64,000 bases of DNA from Calcarisporiella thermophila CBS 279.70 (taxonomy: Eukaryota; Fungi; Calcarisporiellomycota): NCBI RefSeq assembly GCF_041956535.1, contig NW_027192203.1, forward strand, positions 493,406-557,405, read 5' to 3'. The position numbers were made by a program, and so were the translations under genes. The notes under the pieces were generated by a model. That model worked only from the letters and a program-made list of their open reading frames with translations, did not search any database and was not told where the DNA came from. Positions 49,460 through 63,366 of this stretch are shown here, piece after piece. Every line of letters starts with the position of its first letter. Within the stretch, counting starts at the first letter, position 1.

Positions 49460-50648
49460 ATGAACGCAACTTCATACAATACAACTGCACCCATAATGCA
49501 TCCTCAGCTCTTGCCCTTCATCTCTGACTCACACCTCTCTGTTGTGCTACCCGTAGTCGCCTACTGGATCTATTCTCTCTTCTATGAGTTCCTGGATTAC
49601 TGTAACTTTCAGATGCTCGAGCCGTACCGTATCCACACACCAGAGGAGCTCACAAAGAATCGGGTCTCGAAGTGTAAAGTTATGGGGTGGGTTTTGTTCC
49701 AACAAGCCCTTCAATCCATTCTGGCACTGGTATTAACGGACGGTGCGGACAAAATTGCGGTCGATACATCGCTGGCGGTTGCTCGGTATCATCAGGTGAT
49801 AATGCAAGCCGTATCTCTAATAGGTCTAGAGAAGACGGTTAGCATGCCCTTGATTGATAAGCTAGCCAGTTGGGCATATTGGTACTTGGAGCCTTCAGTG
49901 CGATTCTTTTTTGCAATGTAAGATCTAGTTTTTATTTGTCGAGGCGAGTGCTAAATTTCCGAGTTTAACGTATTGGTTCTCTTCATATTTGGATTTCTGG
50001 GCGATAGGATCATCCTTGACGCATATCAATATTGGATGCACCGCTTCTTCCACACTAACAAGTTCCTCTACAAACATCTACACTCCGTGCATCATCGCCT
50101 GTATGTCCCCTACGCTTATGGAGCACTCTACAACCACCCACTCGAGGGATTCCTTATGGACTCCCTGGGCGGTGGTCTTTCGTATTGGCTGGCCGGGCTT
50201 TCGGTGCAGAGTGGAGCAATTTTCTTCGCCTTCTCGAGCATCAAAACAGGTACGGTGTTAATCTATAGGCTACCCCATTGCGTTGTCCTTGTTGACACTA
50301 TGCCCTTGGTTAGTTGATGACCACTCTGGATACGATTTTCCCTGGAACCCACTGCAATTCTTATTCAACAATAACGCAAGATAGTAAGTACCCTATTCCA
50401 TATGTGCCTGCTCCCGTCTCGCAATGCTCACCCATAGCCCCCTTCCTATTCTTAGCCATGACATTCATCACCAACCTGCCGGAATCAAAATGAACTTTTC
50501 GCAACCTTTCTTCACGATCTGGGATCGTATGTTTGGGACGTATGCTCCCACACTAGAGGCATGCCGCGAGGCAAACAAACGACGCAAGATGGCCCTAAAA
50601 GGCTCGGGGAGCGAAGACGAGGACAGCATCAAGGAGAAAAAGCAGTGA
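49460..50648 (+). CDS. SUR2: Sphinganine C4-hydroxylase
   Basis: His boxes QYWMHRFFH, HSVHHRLYVPYAYGALYNHPLEG, KTVDDHSGY, YHDIHHQ, NFSQPFFTIWD. Confidence 0.92.
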
Positions 50649-51189
50649 ACTTTCATTTTTTTTTTTATTATTCATCACATCCAAAATAACTAATATTCTC
50701 CTATTATATATTGTAATCTTGTTTTTTTCCCCCTTTATTTTTCAATCTTTTTATTAATATTTTATAATCTTTTTTAATAATCATTGTAGGATATTCCCTT
50801 ATATATTTTCATTACTCTCTATATCTGGTGATGGAGCGGGTCCTTCGTCTGGGCCTGGTGCTAGTTTTTGGTTGAACCAACAAAAAGAATAGAATATGGC
50901 AATAAACGTTCATTATATAACAGCCATGGTCCGCAAGTTTCTCGGTATTAACTTGGTGTAGGACCGAGAGGATAGGAAAGGAAATAAATTCAAGGAGCAG
51001 AACAGGATTCAAAATGAGCAAACCAAAGAGGAAATACGGGGGCGGCAATCTGACAGTCACAAAACAGGAGTGCAAAGAGTGAATTAACTATCGCTGAGTA
51101 AGAGTCACCTTAACATCTTTTCTCATACATTTCTCAAATTGTTAGTGATCCATTAATAATCATTAAATAATCGACAACAATCTATTCAC

Positions 51190-54100
51190 ATGGAGCCGGG
51201 CAATGATTGCGGCTCTTCGTTGCCTTCTGATCCCCTTCAGGAATCGAGTCCATCCAGCACTAAATCCGCCCGTGGCAAACGTCCGCGACAGCCTCACACG
51301 AAATCGGTTCCAGGAACAGGACCTTTTATAAATTCGCGCGGTCCAGCATTTCCCTCGGATGTGGACGTCACCAAGCAACTTGGCGAGGTTGTAGAACTTG
51401 ATTTCAACGCGATGGGGGTTGAATCAGCTGGAAAAATACTTTTGCAAGCGGAACGGAGGTGGCGGCATGCTCCAAAGAATTATTCCGTAGATGCTTTACC
51501 AAAAACGGGAGGAAAAGGCAAAGAGAAAATGAAAGAGACATCGGGTGAAGTCCAGCCTAAGCCGAAGACGCAGAATCGAGCACGGACCAGACAGCGTGCC
51601 GTGTCTAGTGCCAAGTCCACACAAGCGGAGAAAGGCAATCAGGGCGTGGAACCTACAGCCATCGCGGTGGAGGAGAAAGTGATTGCCACGCCCGCTGACA
51701 CTGCTAAGCATGGGGTGGAGGGGAAGCGTAGTAAACGGTCGCCCCGAAAGTTCATTAAGGAGAAAGAAAAAGAGAAGAGCACTAAACATAGGGAGATAGC
51801 TGCAACGGTTACGGCTACTTCTACTTCTGCTAATTGTACCCAGTTTACAGAGGCGTCAACCTCCAGTAACCCTGCTTCTAAAACAAAGGTGAAGAGGCAT
51901 CCCAAAACCGTAGATACCACAACAGCTGAGACGCCACCTGAGGTAGAGGGTGAGAGCATGGCAAGGATAGAGGAGGAAAGAAAGCGAAAGTCACGTAACA
52001 GGGAAAAATCAAAATCAAAATCAAAGTCATCAGATCCTGCTATCGAAAAGCCAGAAGTGGATCTACCGAAAAAGAAGCCGAGTCGATCCAAGGCAACTCG
52101 AAAAGTGCCCGCCGATGGTCAGCCCGCAGAAGAGCTGAAATCGACTGTAATGGGGAAGACTAAATCTACCAGTAAGGAAAAGAAGCGCGATGAGGGTGCG
52201 AAAAAGCGAGGCAAATCCTTACGAAAGACTGCCTCGACTGAGGGAAAAGAGAAATCGCGAGAGAAAAAATCGCGTGGGGTCACTAACCAAAACTCTGAAT
52301 TAACATCAGTGGCCAGCACTTCATCTAGCGCTAGCGCAAGCTTGGAATCGTTCTCCCTGGGGATCCAGCCCAACACAAACCGTCGGCTCCTCTTTGACCC
52401 GCACTACCACCATGATATCGTGATGAGCATGCTCTCCTCGGGCCAACTCTTTCGAGGTACATTGCGCATCAACAAACGCAATCGCACAGATGCATACGTC
52501 ACTTCCGACGATCTTGACTCGGATATCTATATATATGGAAGCCGTGCGCGCAACCGGGCCCTTGAGGGAGATATAGTAGCGGTGAAACTGATAGACGCCA
52601 ACAGAGTGCTGAGCGAGAAGGAAAACAAGGAGAGATCCAAAGAGGCTAAGAAGAGTAAATTCACAAGCGAGCAGGTGGTCCTCCTAGCATCTGAAATCGA
52701 GGATGACAAGGAGCCCGACCTGGCTGTGGAGGAGGTGCACAAGCCAAAATACTGTGGGATTGTGGTGGCCATTATTGAACGCGCGAAGGGTCTAGTCTAT
52801 GCAGGGTATATTTTCCACAGGTTACTCTGACCTTTCTCGTTCGAACCTTTAAAAAACCCTATTCTACCACACTAGAGAATTGACCGTGTTGCGGCCCGCT
52901 GGACAGCAAGAGGGTAGCAAGAAAAACGGAACGGATGAGCCTGCCGAGGACATGAACGACCCCAAAAAGTGGCCCAAGCTCATCTGGTTTAAACCGTGTG
53001 ACAAGCGCGTACCGCTGATCTCGATCCCCGTTGAACACGCCCCCCCTGATTATTGCAAGAACCCCGAACTTTATAAGCATAAAGTTGTGTTGGTACGGTT
53101 CTCTCCCCACCTGATTTGCTATCCTTTCTGGCCTCCTGTTTTCTAACCCTACCCCCCGCCCATGGATATTAGGTTAGCATTACAAGATGGCCCGTGACTT
53201 CGATGTATCCCTTTGGCAAAATGGAGAAGATTGTGGGCGACGTTGGGGAGATCGAGGTTGAGACTGAGGCGATTCTCGCCACCAACAATCTACCCTTCGA
53301 CCCCTTCAAACCCTCGGTGATCGCATGTCTACCTACTACGCCGTGGAAGATCCCCGCACGAGAAATAGCCTCGCGTCTCGACCTTCGTGGCGCCCGAATC
53401 TTCACGATCGACCCGCGCACAGCCAAGGATCTCGACGATGCGGTTTCGGTCCGGCACCTACCGGACGGACACCTGGAAATTGGGGTGCATATCGCGGATG
53501 TGAGCCATTTTGTCCGCCCGCGCACCAAACTCGACGAAGAAGCACGCCACCGTGCCACCACCGTCTATTTGGTGCAGCGCTCGGTGCCAATGCTTCCGCC
53601 TCTTTTGTGTGAGGAGCTCTGCAGTTTGAACCCGGGCGTGGATCGACTTGCGTTCTCCGTCATCTGGAAAATGACCCCTGATGCACGTGTCATCAGCACT
53701 TGGTTCGGGAAGACGCTCATTCGGAGTTGCGCAAAACTAGCGTACGACGATGCGCAGGACGTGATCGAGGGGCGAGGGCTCGGAGAGGGTGTAAGGATAA
53801 TGGACCACGATCGCCGGGCGGTCGAGAAAGACATTTTGCTACTCTATGTAAGTGTCCCCTTGGATTAGATTGGCTGCATTCTTCTTCCTCACCTTGGAGG
53901 TTGGACTCCCCCCGATTAACTCCACAGGAGCTCTCCAAAATCCTACGGGCGGATCGTTTCCAAAACGGCGCGCTTTCCGTCAACTCGGTTCGACTCGAGT
54001 TCGCGCTCGATGCACACGGGAACCCGATGGACGTATGGGTTTATCAGCAGCGCGAAGCCAACCGCCTCATCGAAGAGTTTATGCTTCTGGCGAATATGAG

Positions 54101-55412
54101 TGTGGCGGAGAAGATATCGGCCCACTTCCCTGAGCAAGCACTTCTAAGGCGGCATGCAGATCCTATCGAGAGACGACTGGTAAGTGAGGCATTTGCGATT
54201 GGCATACAACCTTTCTTCTCCCTCCGATTTTTTAACCTTCCTCGACGATGGTTGCCATTTTAGGAGGAATTCATCAAACTATGTGCTTGTCTCGGCCATG
54301 ACATGGATGGGAGCACCGCCGGTGCCCTTATGGACTCCTTCAACCGTATAGGATCGGATGATGTACGGGAGGTGCTCAAAATCCTCTCCATCAAGCCGAT
54401 GCAACGTGCAAAATACTTCTGCACCGGCATGCTCGATGAGGCGCAGTACCGCCACTACGCGCTCAATGTTCCTCTCTACACGCATTTCACCTCGCCGATT
54501 CGCCGGTATGCGGATGTGATTGTCCACCGGCAACTGGAGGCCGCGCTGCAGGGAGGAGCGACGCTGGACAAGGAGACGGTCGGGCGGATCGCACAGCAGT
54601 GCAACACGAAGAAGGAGGCTGCCAAAAACGCCCAGGAGCAGTCGATCCAGCTCTTCCTGTGTGTTTATCTGCAGTCGCGCTGTCTCCGCTCTGGTGCTCC
54701 CGAGATATGCGAGGCGATCGTGTTGGACGTGCTCGAGGAAGCCTTCGACGTGTTTATTCCAAAATATGGCATTGAAAAGAGGATGCATTTGGACCAAATG
54801 CCCTTACAGAAGTTTGCACCTCTCCCGCGCAAGAAGATTCTGCATATGTGTTGGGAGCCGGGGGTAGACACGGTGCAAGCGGCTAGCGAGAAGATGTTCA
54901 AGCGGGCGAGGAACGAGGAGTGCAAATTGGTGGAAGAAGAGGTGATGGAGGATGCGAAAGAGATTGAAGATGCCATGCGGGGATTGCAAGGGATGAGTTT
55001 GCAAGATCGAGAGAGTAGGGAGAGGTCCAGCGAAGTGGAATGTTGTGAGGAAGAGAGCGAGGAGGAGGGGGAACATGAGTTTGAAGATGAGGAAGAAGAC
55101 GATCACGATGAAGATGGCGACGAAGAGAGTGAGGTTGATGAAGGCAATGCATGTGATCTTGAGTCCGAGGAAGACGAGGGAGAGAGTGAGGAGGAAGAAG
55201 AGGAGGAAGAGGAGGAAGAGGAGGAAGTAGAAGAGAGGAATAAGGGAGAAGAGGCGAATATGTGTGAAGCCAACGAGATCCTCCAGTCGCCCTACGGCCA
55301 GACGATTAAGGTTTTTAACCGCATCCAAGTGGCACTTACGGTAGATATGTCACGTTCACCCGCCTGCATCCTGGTGACGGCGATGAACCCCTTTGGGCAC
55401 ATCAAGAAATAA
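51190..55412 (+). CDS. DIS3L2: DIS3-like exoribonuclease 2 (RNB family)
   Basis: No PIN domain; CSD motif RNRALEGD; intact RNB active site FTIDPRTAKDLDDA; HFTSPIRRYAD; S1 domain with an acidic insertion. Confidence 0.88.
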
Positions 55413-55841
55413 GGCGCCTTCACTGAGGTGGAAAGCTGGTCGCTCAATATTACTTTAATTTGGGATGGTTCCATTCGAGGGAAGACATGATTACCCTAGG
55501 TTATTTGCATGTAAATATTTGTTTTAATCTTGAGACAACCATTTTTGAAAAAATGAAAACGATAAAAAAACGATAAAAACGTCCAATAAAAACCTATGCC
55601 TTTACTAACGGAAATGCACTGAATCCAACGCACATTCTCAAATATCAATCTAGAATTTAATTATTCATATTCATAAAAGCAACCCTCGTCCTTTGGAGGT
55701 GGCAAGCCAAACATAAAATGGGTGGAAGGAAGAGGGAGATTGGAAAAATTACATAGAACACATGGACACAAGAGGATAAAAACAAATGAGACAAGGGAAA
55801 CCACAGAAGGGGATTCGTATGAATAGAGGGAAACTAGAGCA

Positions 55842-56691
55842 CTAATGGTCAAGCAATAGACGACCCACACGCCACACTCCATAGATTAGGGAGGCCGTTT
55901 TCACCACCTCGGAGAGAATCTGAATTCGGTGCACGGGCGATTCCTTCAGAGGTCGACCTTCCACATGGTCCCGCGCACGTTGCATCAGTTGTGGCAAGAG
56001 GTAGCCAGACTGAGCAATCAGGGTGATTGCAGCAGGGGCTAGTTGCACCAAGTGCCAGTTCACCGGGATACTTGGCATTTCACGCAACATAGCGGCGAGG
56101 GTGGAGGGGCCGGGTGCTCCGCTTAGACGGTGGCTAAGAATAAGCCATGCGTCAATGGTGAGAACGGAGAAGAGAATTTCAGCCTTGTTCAAAGCCGAGA
56201 AGACCTAAGTAAAATGGGAGGGGAGGAGGAGGGGTGGTGAGCCAAGAGACCGATTTTTCTTTATTTCAAGACGCCACCATGAGGGGCGGTTTACTCACAT
56301 GGCGTCCAAGATCAATGGCAGTAGTGCGATTCATCGAAGGGGTCACAAACTTCAGCGGCGACTCCAGATACACGAGCGATGCGTTCGAGCCAGCCCAGAA
56401 CATATTGTGCGCGACAAGATAGACGCACAGGCCTCGCGTCGAAAAGGTGCGTAGCACAGGGTGGCCAACCAGCGCCGTGCCAACGGTGGCGGCCAGGAGG
56501 GTCTGACCGACCGAGTTGGGATTCAGCAAGAAGCGACCAAGTTTGCTTTCGGCGTGCTCGATGGCCGCCTTGGATTTTTCCGCCAGTTCATGCCCTTTCT
56601 CCTTGACTTCTTTCGAAGCCTGGTGCAATTCCTGGCTCGCCTTTTCCGACAATTCCTGGAGGTTTTTGGAGGTTTTGTCTGCAGTGGACAT
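55842..56691 (-). CDS. DUF4149/TMEM205-like membrane protein
   Basis: ASLVYLESPLKFVTPSMNRTTAIDLGRH/VFSALNKAE; YLLPQLMQRA; HRIQILSEVVK; one intron. Confidence 0.7.
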
Positions 56692-58344
56692 GACTGAAGA
56701 GTGTTTTTAGAGGAGAGAAAGCACGCTTGATGAGTGGAAAGAATAACAATTAGGAATGGATAAGGGTTGAAACACGTCCCGGGGGGGGGGGTATAGTGGT
56801 GAGAATAAAAAGCTCACGGCGTTCCTCCTTCTGCAATCGGGGAATGGTGGCTTGTTGGCAGTCACGCATAATCGTTTCAAGCAGAGCAACGGCATTTTTT
56901 GGCTGAGAATACCGCATCCCAAAGGATTCATTCCCTTCGAGTGCCGGAATAGGGAGGGGCGATTTTGCCCAAAATTCAAACCCAACCGAGGCTGTTCGTA
57001 TGGTTACATTCTATTATACACCCTTCGCTTAATAAGGGGGCGAAGTTGACAGCTAATTTCGGGTGGAACCCCCGACATTTGCTTCCTATTCAAGCTCTGC
57101 AAAGGATTGTGGGCAGAGAATTCGCCCAGGTGCATCTGTTGTCTGATCACTACGGTTGTTATGAAGTGCATAAGGAGTTTTATCATCTTGCAGGAAATCT
57201 TTAGAATCATGAAAGGCACGAGTTTGGCTGAAAAAAGGGTGGTCTGAGCACTCAAACCACTCGGATCTATTATCACGTTTGTGAGATCGTAATATCACAA
57301 AAGAGCAATCCGAAAATTGAATGACGTGCTTAATCCCTCCCCGTGCCGCTTACACTATGCAGCCCTCTGTATTTTTCCCAAAAATGCTCATGAAAACCAA
57401 AAAGAAAATTACATGATCCTATAGGTAAAGCCTCTCCAAACAAGGGCAGGATCAGTCCGATGACTGCATAAGCTGGATTGAAGGGATTACTAAGTACCTA
57501 TTTGATGCTTAGCAACCCGCTAAGCTATACCTACTTTCGTTATATTTGCGTTCAATTGCGACTTAATTGAATTAGCGACCTGATATTTTCATGAAGAAGT
57601 CCCCAACCCCTAGCTTTCAGCGGTTGCTTTGGCAAAAAAATCGAAAGGAGCCCTTGTGATATCTTGATCACATCCTTCTACAACACAGGAGATCGGGGGA
57701 TTGGGGATCAAATGCGTCAGAGCGACATATTAGCATGACACGGGATGAGGAAAAATACCGGCCAGTATTTAAGAAACCGGAAGCTGATGGCTTTCGGTGA
57801 AATATTAATATGGGTGAGCAAAAGTAAGGGGCTAAGTGGAAATTGCGGCCCATTGGTTGGCCCGCAATAGCGACATAAAAAAGCAGAAAAAACTTAACCA
57901 CACATAGCCCCTGGAGCAGATTCCGGCCATTCACCCGGCGAGCTCTCGACCGACCTAATTTGAGCCTGTGTGGAGAAATCCAATCACACCCAGATAACGC
58001 AATCTCGTCATTAGATGGTGTTGAAGAGGGGTTGTGCGCAAGAGAAATGAAGGATGATGTTAGATAGATTCCAAAACTTCTATATATTCCGCAAGGGCTC
58101 CACAACCACAACTCTTTCCTCTGCCTTTTCTTTCTTGGCTCCCATTTTTTATTCTCTTCTCTTTCTTTCTCTCCCTTTCTCTCTCTCTCTTTCTCTCTCT
58201 CTCGATTCTCTTCTGCTCTTCTCCACTCAACACACTATCCCCTTCTTCTCTGCGCCGCCCTGCTCCTTTGCACACCTCCTTCCCTTCTTGTTGGAGCTGT
58301 ATAGAGTTGCTTCCCCTCTCGAGCCTAGAAAACATTTGCTTAGC

Positions 58345-59068
58345 ATGCTAACTCAAAAGCTTCCCGTCTCGAACCCCGTGAACCAGCAGCATGACCAGAA
58401 GAATGGATCTTCTTCGGCCGGGGCTGCTACAGATACCTCCCCCACTACCACCACCACATCCTCCTCCACTGCAAGTCAGCCTCACCCGCCCCGCGATCAT
58501 ATCCATATAGATCCATCGCAACTTGTCCTTACTCCTGCCGATCATGAAATGCTCCGAGAAGCGGAGCACTTAAAGACTCGCACTCTGGACTATATGGTAG
58601 CCCCGCTGGAGGATATCTTCGATTGGGATGATCTAGGGCGCCGTCTTAAATCGGACGGAGAATGGTTTGTTGTTGCATTCAGAAGCATTCGGAGTGCATC
58701 GGCTGACAACGAGCTGCTCTTTAATGCGGATCGGATGGCGCATGAGGAGGCCAAACACAGCGGAGGTTTGCTCAAGGTAAGTAGACGTTATTGGGCTCAC
58801 TTCAACTCATGTTTCCCCCGCTGACCCGCTCTCCCTCTTCTCAATGATTTAGTACTGGTATGCTTCGCTTAACGAGCGCCGGGAATGCCTTGCTATGTGC
58901 ATTTGGGCCAACCGGTCGTGGGCTCTTCTGGCTAACAAAAAACCGCATCACCGCGAGGCGGCAAAGCTGGCCGCGGTGATGTATGACTCGTATATATTGG
59001 AGCGATATTCTCTCAAGAAGACCGGCACCAAAATCACCCTAGAGAAGCTGCCGATGCGGCACCACTAG
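58345..59068 (+). CDS. Conserved hypothetical protein, ABM-like dimeric alpha/beta barrel (UPF0643-like)
   Basis: WFVVAFRS...L..AD..AHEEA..SGGLLK/YWY......CLAMCIW......A...P.H..A......Y....LERY. Confidence 0.7.
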
Positions 59069-59680
59069 ACTGTATTAAGGACGATGATAGATTGCGCCGT
59101 TTGGATATTCCCTCACATTCCCCATCTTTCACCTAGATGGCATATCTCTCTTTGTATTATATTGTTTCTGCATTGTTTATTATCCCAAACAACCCCCTTC
59201 TCTTTTCCATTATAATAAATGCTCCTTTTCCATGACCCCCGTTTTTCGGAAGAGGCATTTTTTTTCTTTTCGAAATTCGGCTGATCGTGTTACCAACGGG
59301 AGCCGTTTTGTGAAAGTTTAAGAAGGCAACCAAGAAACCAAACTTTGTATCGATACAAGGCGATGGAGGGGATGTCTTTACCGTGGTTGGGCCCATGCTT
59401 TCCTTGGCTCCCGCCTTGTTACCGTCCCATTTCAAAGTTCTCTGGTTTGTGCAACCGTGTGCGCATGAAAAGACAAGCAGAAGGGTGGGGCAGCTGGGAG
59501 AACTGGTTCTCGAGATCCATTCCGTCTTTCCCCGACTCTTAGTCGACTATTAAAAACGCGGGCATTTTTTTCAAATTATTTTTTCTCACACTTTTTCCTC
59601 GTTCTTGCATATTCTTCTTTTTCATTTCATTGACTTGACTCTTCCCTCACACTCCCAAGCACCCACCCAAGAGATCCATC

Positions 59681-60930
59681 ATGTCTACACATCGCAACGT
59701 GTCATCGGAAAGCGCCGATATCATCACATTAACGCGCCATGTCATTTCCGAGCAAATGGTAACCTTATTCGAGCTATGACCCTCTTTTCTTCCTCGGCCG
59801 GGGCTAACTCTCTCCCCTCGGCACGTATTAGAAAGCAAAAGAGGCCACCGGGGATCTTACTCTTCTCCTTACGGCTATTCAAATGGGTTGCAAGTTTGTT
59901 GCCTCTCGAGTGAAGCAGGCTGCATTAATCAACCTACTTGGCCTTGCTGGCGCGACTAATGTGCAGGGCGAGGATGTGAAGAAGCTCGATGTGCTTGCGA
60001 ATGAGATTCTCATCAACGCCCTTGTCGCCTCGGGCAAGACCGCCGTGCTCGTGTCGGAAGAAGACGAGCAGGCCATCATGATTGAGGAGGAGGGGCTGCG
60101 CGGGAAGTATTGCGTGGTGTTCGATCCCTTGGATGGATCGTCGAATATTGACTGCGGTGTCTCCGTGGGTACCATTTTCGGCATCTATAAAGTGGTGAGT
60201 AAGGGGCTGGTTCCTGAATGGACTTTGAGGATTTTGCTGAATTCACTATGGGCTGTCTGCAGAAAGAGGGATCGTCTGGCTCGATTAGTGACGTGCTTCG
60301 GCCGGGTACTGAGATGGTGGCCGCCGGATACTGTATGTATGGCAGCTACTGCGAGATCATCCTCACCATCGGCAACGGTGTCAACGGGTTCACGCTTGAT
60401 CCCGCACTAGGCGAGTTCATCCTAACCCATCCCAACGTGAGTTGCTTGGTGGTTCTTCATGTATGGCCCCTCCGCTTACGCCACCCCCCCCCCCTCTCCC
60501 TCCTATTTAGATTCAAATCCCAGCACGCGGTAAGATCTACTCGATCAACGAAGGCAATGCCAAGTACTGGGAGGAGCCTGTCAAACACTACATCGAGTCG
60601 CTCAAGTTCCCCAAGGATGAGAAGAAGTCGCCCTACTCCGCTCGATATGTTGGCTCGATGGTGGCCGACATCCACCGCACGATCCTCTACGGCGGCATCT
60701 TTGGCTACCCCAGCGATAAGAAGTCGAAGAAGGGCAAGCTGCGCGTCCTGTACGAGGTGTTCCCGATGTCGATGATTGTCGAGCACGCCGGCGGCAAGGC
60801 ATCCACCGGCACGAAGCGTGCGCTTGAGATTGTGCCGCAAGGCATCCACGACCGAAGTGGCGTCTGGCTGGGATCGAAGGACGACGTCGAGGATCTGGAG
60901 GGCTACTACAAACAATACGGCTCGCAGTAG
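59681..60930 (+). CDS. FBP1: Fructose-1,6-bisphosphatase
   Basis: [49 protein letters not shown]. Confidence 0.97.
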
Positions 60931-61539
60931 ATGCCGCGCGTGCGAAGGGATTCGACGGGCATGGGGGCTTGGCCCGTGGCTTGTGAACTTTGTTATTCCA
61001 TCCATGTTTGAAACACACCTGTTTGTTCTTTGCTTGTTATTACCTCCCTGTCTCTTTCTACTAAAAACGGACTGAAAATGCCAACCCGATTTAGTTCAAA
61101 ATGAGTTAGCGGCGCATTTCTATTTATAACCCATGACCTCAGGGAATGAATGGGAGCCTGCGGTTTGAAATGGTTTCTGCGGCACACTGTGCACGGACGA
61201 CGGCCAAGCCCTCCGTCTCAAACGCGGGCGTTCTGCTGGCCCGATTGCAGGCAGCCCCTCCCTCTCGTCAATGGTGCCGGCCAGCTGGGTAGCAAATATA
61301 GCACGCGGCCAATGTGTGAAGCATGGCCATGGGAACGTTCCCTCGCCCTGACTCAGGCCGCGCGATGCCTAAAAAAAGGAGAAACCAAGAATGAACCTTA
61401 ATTTGCGATGCGAATTCCCCGCTCCGATTTCCGCATAAGCTTGCTCGGTTTGGGCTCGCGGAATATTTAAACAGAGGGTGCGAACGCATTTCTGCTTCGC
61501 TACCGTCTCCTGCACTTGATTGAATCCAGTTCCTTACCC

Positions 61540-62116
61540 ATGACCCGCTCCTTCCTTTTCGTTCTGCTGCTCTCCCTGTGCGCCTCTGCCCTGGCCGCGC
61601 CTCTGCGCCGCGACAGTGGCGATGACATCATCAAGCAGATGTGCGGAGGATTCAACGTTACAGAGCCTAGCAGCGACACCATCACAGCTGGCCAAAACAT
61701 TACTCTAGCCTGGGAACAAGGCGCCAGCAGAGTGACTCAGGTAATGTGATCTTGTGCTCATCTCGCATCCATCTATCTATCACTGTATTAATCATCTCCG
61801 TGTTTGTCTCGTGCAGATTGATGGGATTCAACTCATGTACCAAAAGGGTCTCGTCAAGGACTTCACCGCCAACAACACGCTGCCCACCTCCAACAAAGTG
61901 CTGAACTTCACCTTTGATGTGTCGGATGTTCAGATTGATCCTCAGGAGAAGTACATGCTCCGCATCTGGGGCTTGACCGACAAGGGGCCGCACTGCATCA
62001 AATACACCCAGTGGTTTGAGATTTTGGATGCTGGGAAGAATGACGGAAGCGACGCTGAGGATGACGGTGCTACCGATGCCGACAATAAAGACTCGAACGA
62101 CGAGAATGAGTCATAA
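61540..62116 (+). CDS. Small secreted protein with a Kre9/Knh1-like Ig-fold and acidic tail
   Basis: Signal peptide plus RR site; FNVTEP....TAGQNITLAW; YMLRIW...YTQWFEI; two Cys; one intron. Confidence 0.7.
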
Positions 62117-63366
62117 TTAGCCCATTTAATATCGTAAATAATCTATTTGCCTCTATTTAATGCTTTGTTTGCTTTTCTTTCTACTCACAAGTATAGTTTC
62201 TGTTGCTTTTTATTTTTTTCTTTTGCTTTAATGTTTGTATTTCTCCTACGCAATAACCACTTGCTGAACATTCTAATAATAAAGGGGTTCCTCTGGCACT
62301 TGGGCAAAGCGCCTTGCGAAGAAAACGGTTCACTCTTTGTGAATTATTCTATGATTGCTTGGTGAGAAGAGACTAGGGTTAGCTATTATGAAATCATTAT
62401 CACCATGGGTTGAGTAAGTGAAAATTGCAACGAGATAGATGAGTAGGAGGGGACCCTAGAACGGTGAAGAGGGATCGTAGGATACTTCATCAAAAAAAAA
62501 AAACGATATGTTTTGTCATTTTGCTTGGATTATAGCATTGGCCAACTTGGCGAAATGGTAGGCTAGTTTTCGCTTTATTTTGGCCCGAAAAGAGCCACCT
62601 AGTATTGCTAATACACGGTAAGCAAGAGGCTCTTTTAATTTTTTTTCATTCCTATTTATCTTTGGAATGCTTGGGAAATTCATAGCGGCTTTTGCTATTT
62701 TGCTATTTTGACAGGCGTGCGTTTTGGAGGATTATTGGTATTGTATTAGGATAAGCAAAGAGGAGATGAGAGTACTTGTATCGCCTAATTAGTGTAGACT
62801 TGAACCAAGGCCAAGTGGATTAATCACAATGGTTCCTGGATCGGTAGAAATTGGTCTCGAAATAATGCTTATACTAAGAGACTAGTTACATCTAGCCATT
62901 TATATCAATGTCACGAAAAGCGATATATTCTTCTGTATTATTTAAGCTGGCATTCATAGTCACTCTTATGCAAGTTCAGGTTCCTTTTCCATCCGTAAGG
63001 CCCTACAAATCATAATGACAGAGATTGTTTCAGGTAGATCTGTTCATGTTCAATTTAGTCAAGTATGTATGCCCATTGGTGGTATAAGTAAACTACCCAT
63101 TCTGGGACTTCTTTTTGCCCCATATATTCACATCCAGATCGAAGCTATATCTCCTCATAAGAAAATATATGCCTGTGACGTGAATAGATCTCATTCTTAG
63201 CCTCCATCAGCTACTTAAAGAAAAATGCAACTCCAATCAAAATTTAAAATTGGGATGCAGAAGAAATCGAGGGCCTATCTTAATGACGGTATATTGTTCA
63301 CCATGTTCAGTAGGAACAGTGGTGCCGGGACACTAGCCTCTTTTAAAAGTGCACCAGTAACTATAA

